Assembly: GCA_965226465.1 (NCBI GenBank)
Contig: OZ245362.1
Span: forward strand, 690,082-754,081
From: Parvibaculaceae bacterium
GTDB lineage: Bacteria > Pseudomonadota > Alphaproteobacteria > RS24 > CBDDDD01
Reading direction: 5' to 3'
DNA: 64,000 bases
Of this stretch, positions 59,601-64,000 are shown one piece after another; position 1 is the first letter of the stretch, and each line of letters starts with the position of its first letter. The position numbers and the translations under genes were made by a program. The notes under the pieces were generated by a model. It was not told the DNA's origin. It worked only from the letters and a program-made list of their open reading frames with translations, and ran no database searches.

Positions 59601-61350
59601 AAAGGTAATCGTCGGCAACCCCCCTTGGTCAGTAGGGCAGAAATCTGAAAATGATGATGCACAAAATATCAGTTATCCCAAGCTGGATGAAAGCATTGAA
59701 AACAGCTATGCCAAAAAGTCAAAAGCAACACTGAAATCAGCTCTTTATGATAGCTATATTCGTTCCTTCCGCTGGGCATCGGACCGCATAGGCGAGAAGG
59801 GTGTAATCGCTTTTGTTAGCAATGGCGGTTGGCTGGATGGTAGTAGCACGGATGGGTTCCGCCAATCATTGGCAGAAGAGTTTGATGCGATATGGGTTTT
59901 TAATGCCCGTGGCAATGCACGGCTATCGGGTGAAGCATGGCGTAAAGAGGGAGATAAAATATTTGGTCAATCAAGCCGCGCACCGGTGGCTTTCACCATA
60001 TTGGTTAAAAATCCTCAAAAGAAACGTGCAATAGCCGATATTCACTATCACGATATTGGTGATTATTTAAGTCGCAAAGAGAAGCTTGAAAAAATCGTAA
60101 AAGCCAAAGATATTACAGGGCTGGAATGGCAGAAAATTACCCCCAATAAAGAAAATGACTGGATAAACCAGCGCGACCCACTATTTCAAAAATTTAAAGC
60201 ATTGGGCAGTAAAGATGTCAAAGCGGGAAAACGTGCAGCGCCTGATACAATTTTTAGAACCTATAGTCGTGGCATTATGACCTGTCGTGATGCATGGGTT
60301 TACAATTTCAGCAAGAAAAAGCTTTCTGAAAATATGCAGACTATGATTGGCTTTTACAATGAACAAGTGAAAGCTTTCCAAAAAACCCCTAATGGTTTTG
60401 TTGTAGATAATAATCCCAGTAAAATAAGCTGGGATGGTACTCTCAAAGATGATTTGAAAAATAATTCCGCTGGTCATTTTGATAGAAAAAATATCAGGCA
60501 GTCATTATATAGACCTTTTACGCATGAATGGCTATATTTTAACCGCCAGTTTAGCAATCGTGTCTATAGAATGCCTTCTCTTTTTCCTGAGGCTGACACG
60601 GATAATCGGGCAATAGTTATTACTGGCATGGGAGCAGCTAAGGATTTTTCAGCTCTTATTTCAGGATATGTTTCAGAGGTTCAGCTTTTAAGTAATGCAC
60701 AATGCTTTCCCCGCTATTTTTGGCAAGAGGGAGAGCGAGAGGATAATATCCCCAATACAACGCTCAAAGAGTTTCGCACCAAATATAAGGATGACAGCAT
60801 CACAGGCGATGATATTTTTGATTATGTTTATGGAATACTCCACGCCCCCGATTATCAAAAACGCTTTGCCAATGATTTAAAAAAAGAACTGGCACGCATA
60901 CCCCTTGCCAAAGACTTCACCTCCTTCCGCAACGCAGGGCGTGCTTTAGCAAAATTACACCTCAACTTTGAACAAGCAGAAGAATACCCACTTAATATTT
61001 TGGTAAATAATAAGCCCGCCTTGCCGGATATCCTCAAACAAGACTACACCGTAACAAAAATGAAATGGCATAAAGAAGATAAAACCAAACTCATCTATAA
61101 CAACCAAATATCCCTATCCAATATCCCCGAACAAGCCCTCCGCTATCAGGTTTCAGGACGCCCTGCCCTGCAATGGATTATAGACCGCTATCAGCTAAAA
61201 CTTGATAAAGCCAGTCAAATTACCAATGACCCCAATGACTGGATTAAAGAGCAAAACGACCCCCAATGGCTCATTAAGCACATTAAGCGCATCACCTATA
61301 TCAGCGTAGAAAGCACAAAAATTATTGAGGCTCTACCAAAGGCACTATAA
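56683..61350 (+). CDS. Type ISP restriction-modification enzyme (Mrr-like nuclease + SF2 DEAH translocase + N6-adenine methyltransferase + TRD in one polypeptide)
   Basis: Nuclease core D67 (56881-56883) ... Q81-x-K83 (56923-56931). Walker A ACGTGKT at 57259-57279 and DEAH at 57628-57639. Also TATP, QAVGRVMR, MTase motif I DPFTGTGTF at 59275-59301 and NPPW at 59617-59628. The C-terminal blocks are shared with the 31993-35130 product. Confidence 0.85.
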   Translation: MSSFREILDRLRSQARTERDKGSYFEKLMIAVLQQHPEYDFRGVWSWKDWPEREKLSGMDAKDIGIDLVGKNADGKLCAIQCKFFAEDYALQKKDIDSFFTESGKKPFTSRLIITTTDKWSDNAKKALQGQQIETHRMRFMDLQKLPIDWDLLHPERTKYKPKKHKLKKRQQEALEHVIEGFKKDKRGRLIMACGTGKTLTSLHIAEKLVSNKGNILLMVPSIGLMSQTLHEWAEQRSEDQRYLAVCSDAQVDKREEDITLEDLAIPATTKAEKIHKVLSAKENRRTVVLCTYHSLDRIKQAQDKGAPKFDLVICDEAHRTTGIEGSLFSKINHEDYIKADKRLYMTATPRIYTEEAKAKAKEKDIGVFSMDDKSAYGPQFYRLDFSDAVAENLLSDYKVIILNVNKEYVHKEMQALISKGDNEFPLDDIAKIIGCYKGLRDQGEGKKGTFLKRAVMFAQNIKISKHLSKQFKHVVDVLDEKENDNFTCNTEHVDGSYGSLERSRLLDWLEQDAGSNEHGEICNILSNVRCLTEGIDVPSLDAVLFMHPRQSQVDVVQAVGRVMRRAEGKDYGYIILPVAISAGASIDETLNSNEYKKVWAVLNALRSHDNRFNAMINKVDLNDKKPKAISVIGVGFGSDDDDDEKIKKEIEQQIGFNFGELQNAVYAKTVEKCGNRKYWESWAKDVAGIYKEIESLIETLRKKNEQFLKTYNDFLDSIKRNINTSLTNEDATSMLAQHLITKPVFDALFKEYKFSEKNPVSQSMGKVLDELYSFGLKAELEKLQSFYKSVEDRASNIDNAEGRQKVIIELYEKFFKTAFPKVAERQGIAYTPIEIVDFILASADKALQQEFGQSLSDKNVHIIDPFTGTGTFINRLIQNKDLIQKKDIKHKFENEIHANEILLLAYYIASVNIEESYHGRQQENKDYETFKGIVLTDTFNLHEKAGEDKGSLEEKMFLENNARLIRQRAAPIKVIVGNPPWSVGQKSENDDAQNISYPKLDESIENSYAKKSKATLKSALYDSYIRSFRWASDRIGEKGVIAFVSNGGWLDGSSTDGFRQSLAEEFDAIWVFNARGNARLSGEAWRKEGDKIFGQSSRAPVAFTILVKNPQKKRAIADIHYHDIGDYLSRKEKLEKIVKAKDITGLEWQKITPNKENDWINQRDPLFQKFKALGSKDVKAGKRAAPDTIFRTYSRGIMTCRDAWVYNFSKKKLSENMQTMIGFYNEQVKAFQKTPNGFVVDNNPSKISWDGTLKDDLKNNSAGHFDRKNIRQSLYRPFTHEWLYFNRQFSNRVYRMPSLFPEADTDNRAIVITGMGAAKDFSALISGYVSEVQLLSNAQCFPRYFWQEGEREDNIPNTTLKEFRTKYKDDSITGDDIFDYVYGILHAPDYQKRFANDLKKELARIPLAKDFTSFRNAGRALAKLHLNFEQAEEYPLNILVNNKPALPDILKQDYTVTKMKWHKEDKTKLIYNNQISLSNIPEQALRYQVSGRPALQWIIDRYQLKLDKASQITNDPNDWIKEQNDPQWLIKHIKRITYISVESTKIIEALPKAL

Positions 61351-61366
61351 AAAACACCCTCTCCCC

Positions 61367-61840
61367 TTACTCAATCGGAACACCCGGCAACGCTTTTGAG
61401 CAGCGAATGGTCAAAGAGGTTTTTACACTGGCAACATTGGGAGCGGGCGTCAGCTTTTGCGTCAGAAATTTCTGAAAATCTTCAAGGTCAGGAGCAACGC
61501 ATTTCAATATGAAATCTATCTCGCCATTGAGCATATGACACTCCCGAACTTGCGGCCATTGTGTGCAAAGCTTTTCAAATTTTTTCAAATCATCTTCCGC
61601 TTGCGAGTGCAGGCTTACCATAGCAAAGACGCTCACCTTAAAGCCGAGCTTTTGTGCATTCAACTGTGCATGATATCCCTCAATAAGCTTCTCTTTTTCC
61701 AGAACACGCACACGGCGCAAGCAGGGCGGTGCCGATATGCCTACTTTTTCGGCAAGCTTTACATTGGTAATTTTCCCCTGCGCTTGAAGTGTTGCAAGAA
61801 TTTTATGATCAAGCTTGTCTAATTTCATCTTCTTTGCCAT
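61367..61840 (-). CDS. lrp: Lrp/AsnC-family transcriptional regulator
   Basis: 157 aa with LD..D.KIL..LQ..G+.....LA..VG+S...C.RR+..LE HTH and a C-terminal RAM/AsnC_trans_reg domain. Confidence 0.8.
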   Translation of the reverse strand: MAKKMKLDKLDHKILATLQAQGKITNVKLAEKVGISAPPCLRRVRVLEKEKLIEGYHAQLNAQKLGFKVSVFAMVSLHSQAEDDLKKFEKLCTQWPQVRECHMLNGEIDFILKCVAPDLEDFQKFLTQKLTPAPNVASVKTSLTIRCSKALPGVPIE

Positions 61841-61923
61841 TCTGCCCTTCTTTAGCGTATGATGATAAGAGTAATAATCTTGCGCAAATTATTGCAAAAA
61901 AGGAAAGCGTGCAAGGAAAAGAG

Positions 61924-62856
61924 ATGGGGAAAGCGAAAAAACTGCGAAATTGCTGGATATTAAGCGCAGGGCAAACAGGCTGTGATGTGCAATCTAAGGG
62001 CGTTGCAGAAGCCTTAGGGCTGTCATGGAGGGTGAAACATCTGCGCCCAAATATATTGCGAAAGCTGATAGCCCCCCATGGTGTTCCCCCTTTGCGTGGC
62101 AATCTGAGCGGAAAATTACCCGATATCGTGATAGCGGCGGGTCGTCAAACCGTTCCCTTTTTGCGGGCGATAAAGAAGAAAGGCAAGGATAAGGTTTTCA
62201 CCCTTATGCTGTTAAACCCGCATATATCCTGCAATCATTTTGATATGGTCTGGGTTCCCAACCATGACGATTTGGAAGGCGAGAATGTCATAACCACGCT
62301 AACCTCGCCCCATCCGATAAAGAGACGGGATATCACCACCCCCCTTCGCAAAGAATGGCGCAAGCTTCCCCATCCCCGCATTGTGGTTTTGGTAGGAGGT
62401 CCCTCTCGTCAATGTGAGTTCACCAAAACGCATATGCGAATTTTTTGCCGAGGGCTGGAGGCACTTTGCTATGATGGGGCAAGTCTTATCATCACAACTT
62501 CACGGCGCACGCCCCCCTCTCATATAAAGCTATTGCACAGCCATTTAGCGGGAAAAAACGCATGGATATGGAACGGCAAGGGCGAGAACCCCTATCCCGG
62601 CATGCTAGGGGCAGGAGAAATGATTGTAGTTACGAACGACTCAGTCAATATGGTGAGCGAAGCGGCGATAACAGGGCGCGGGATAAGTATCTTTCCCGTT
62701 TCCTGCGGTAGCAAGCGTTTTAAGCGTTTCCATACTTGGATGCGGGAGAAGGGCTATGCCCGCCGCTTTGACGGCTACTTTGAAAGATGGAGTTATCCAC
62801 CCGTCAATAGCGCAAAGGAGATAAGCAGAATGGTAAGAGAAAGGATGAAGCGGTAA
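61924..62856 (+). CDS. ELM1/DUF1022-family protein (mitochondrial-fission ELM1 homologue)
   Basis: The W.LS.G..G...Q..G+AEALG N terminus and overall pattern match my memory of this family. The start is set at the ATG at 61924, preceded by AAGGAAAAGAG. The ORF-track start at 61789 overlaps lrp. Confidence 0.55.
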   Translation: MGKAKKLRNCWILSAGQTGCDVQSKGVAEALGLSWRVKHLRPNILRKLIAPHGVPPLRGNLSGKLPDIVIAAGRQTVPFLRAIKKKGKDKVFTLMLLNPHISCNHFDMVWVPNHDDLEGENVITTLTSPHPIKRRDITTPLRKEWRKLPHPRIVVLVGGPSRQCEFTKTHMRIFCRGLEALCYDGASLIITTSRRTPPSHIKLLHSHLAGKNAWIWNGKGENPYPGMLGAGEMIVVTNDSVNMVSEAAITGRGISIFPVSCGSKRFKRFHTWMREKGYARRFDGYFERWSYPPVNSAKEISRMVRERMKR

Positions 62857-63795
62857 ATGGAGCATCGGACGAAATTATTAATATTGGGGTCAGGTCCTGC
62901 GGGCTGCACGGCGGCGATATATGGAGCGCGTGCGATGTTGGAGCCTGTGATGATAAGGGGGCATGAGCCGGGCGGTCAATTGACGATTACCACCGATGTA
63001 GAAAACTATCCGGGCTTTTCCCAAACCATACAGGGTCCCTGGCTTATGGAGCAGATGGAAGCCCAAGCCGAGGCAATGGGAACAAAGCTGATTACCGACA
63101 TGGTTATAAAAGCCGAGCTTTCCAAAAACCCTTTTAGCCTCACCTGCGAGAGCGGGGACACCTATCTGGCAGACGCCTTGGTGATAGCAACCGGTGCCAA
63201 AGCCCAATGGTTGGGGCTGGAAAGCGAGAAAAAGTTTCAGGGCTTTGGCGTTTCAGCATGTGCGACTTGTGACGGTTTTTTCTATAAGGGCAAGGAGGTC
63301 ATGGTCGTTGGCGGCGGCAATACGGCTGTTGAGGAGGCGATATATCTGACCAATTTTGCCAATAAGGTCGTTTTGGTGCATAGGCGTGACAGCTTGCGGG
63401 CGGAGAAAATATTGCAGGAGCGTTTATTCGCCAATAAGAAGATAGAAATTATCTGGGATAGTGAGCTCATAGAGGTTTTGGGTGATGACAAGCCTTTGGG
63501 AGTTACAGGGGCAAAGATAAAGAACAAAAAGACGGGCAAAGAAAAGACTTTTGCTCTGCACGGCATTTTCATCGCCATAGGACACGCCCCCGCAACAGAA
63601 TTATTTAAGGACCAGCTAACCATGTTAGAGGGAGGCTATTTGCAGACCGCCCCCAATAGCACCCAAACCAGCATAGAGGGCATATATGCCGCTGGCGACG
63701 TTGCCGATTACACCTATAGGCAGGCAGTGACCGCCGCAGGCATGGGCTGCATGGCGGCGCTGGAAGCCGAGAAATGGCTGGCGCATAAAAAATAA
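62857..63795 (+). CDS. trxB: thioredoxin-disulfide reductase
   Basis: ILGSGPAG, redox-active CATCDG, GGGNTAVEEA and AAGDV motifs. Confidence 0.9.
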   Translation: MEHRTKLLILGSGPAGCTAAIYGARAMLEPVMIRGHEPGGQLTITTDVENYPGFSQTIQGPWLMEQMEAQAEAMGTKLITDMVIKAELSKNPFSLTCESGDTYLADALVIATGAKAQWLGLESEKKFQGFGVSACATCDGFFYKGKEVMVVGGGNTAVEEAIYLTNFANKVVLVHRRDSLRAEKILQERLFANKKIEIIWDSELIEVLGDDKPLGVTGAKIKNKKTGKEKTFALHGIFIAIGHAPATELFKDQLTMLEGGYLQTAPNSTQTSIEGIYAAGDVADYTYRQAVTAAGMGCMAALEAEKWLAHKK

Positions 63796-63796
63796 A

Positions 63797-64000
63797 CTAT
63801 TGAGCCGATTGAGCAGATGGCTTGTTTTGCGAGGAGTCCACCCCCTCCTCCAAATGATAGGAAGACAGGCACTCACTGCCCTTCCATTGCCAGTCCACAA
63901 CCCTTGCCTCTTTAATGGTGAAGGTCAGATGACAACTATAGCGGGCGGGATTATATCTAAGCTCAGGGGTGAGGAAGAAAGGATCAATATAAGGATAGCT
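63797..64000 (-). CDS. 3' end (67 codons) of a gene entering from the right window edge; function unknown
   Basis: The reverse frame is open from 64000 to TAG (complement of 63797-63799). The peptide is ...YNPARYSCHLTFTIKEARVVDWQWKGSECLSSYHLEEGVDSSQNKPSAQSAQ*. Confidence 0.35.
   Translation of the reverse strand, partial: SYPYIDPFFLTPELRYNPARYSCHLTFTIKEARVVDWQWKGSECLSSYHLEEGVDSSQNKPSAQSAQ

Noticed and set aside
61789-61923. Upstream extension of the ELM1-like ORF
   Set aside because: It overlaps the lrp start on the other strand. The internal ATG at 61924 has an AAGGAAAAGAG ribosome-binding-like sequence and begins the conserved N terminus.
1-64000. CRISPR arrays, IS elements/transposases, prophage genes, rRNA operons and toxin-antitoxin pairs
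   Set aside because: No regularly spaced direct repeats, no DDE/tyrosine-recombinase-like ORFs and no rRNA-like sequence were recognised. All intergenic spacers are under about 230 nt. This was a visual scan only, so short or degenerate elements could have been missed.

Overview
This window looks like a conserved chromosomal core of a moderate/low-GC proteobacterium. It is probably an alphaproteobacterium, inferred from gene content and order: fabD-fabG-acpP-fabF, rpsF-rpsR-rplI-dnaB-alr, radA-cvpA-purF, yfgM-bamB-der, guaB/guaA, pssA-psd, a class II DAHP synthase, an ELM1-like protein, dnaG-rpoD, and carAB-greA. Coding density is very high. I found 2 tRNAs and no rRNA, CRISPR array, IS element, transposase or integrase. 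Four short A/T-rich accessory insertions interrupt this housekeeping background. (1) At the window centre is a single ~1045-aa gene (31993-35130). It combines an N-terminal PD..ExK nuclease-like head, a gamma-class N6-adenine methyltransferase (DPATGTGTF / NPPY) and a Type-ISP-like C-terminal target-recognition module, with no helicase/translocase. (2) A 1555-aa canonical Type ISP restriction-modification polypeptide (56683-61350) carries an Mrr-like nuclease, a DEAH SF2 ATPase, an NPPW methyltransferase and a TRD. (3) A family-2 glycosyltransferase is split exactly at an 11-nt homopolymer (19277-19287). It is a candidate phase-variable gene whose full-length form would end inside the panB start. 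(4) An orphan 135-aa ORF lies next to a tRNA(CAT) downstream of rpoD. The translocase-less nuclease-MTase-TRD gene, and its relationship to the Type ISP enzyme 21 kb away, is the best candidate for an under-described defence or epigenetic system. All functional calls come from reading motifs in the supplied translations; no database search was run.
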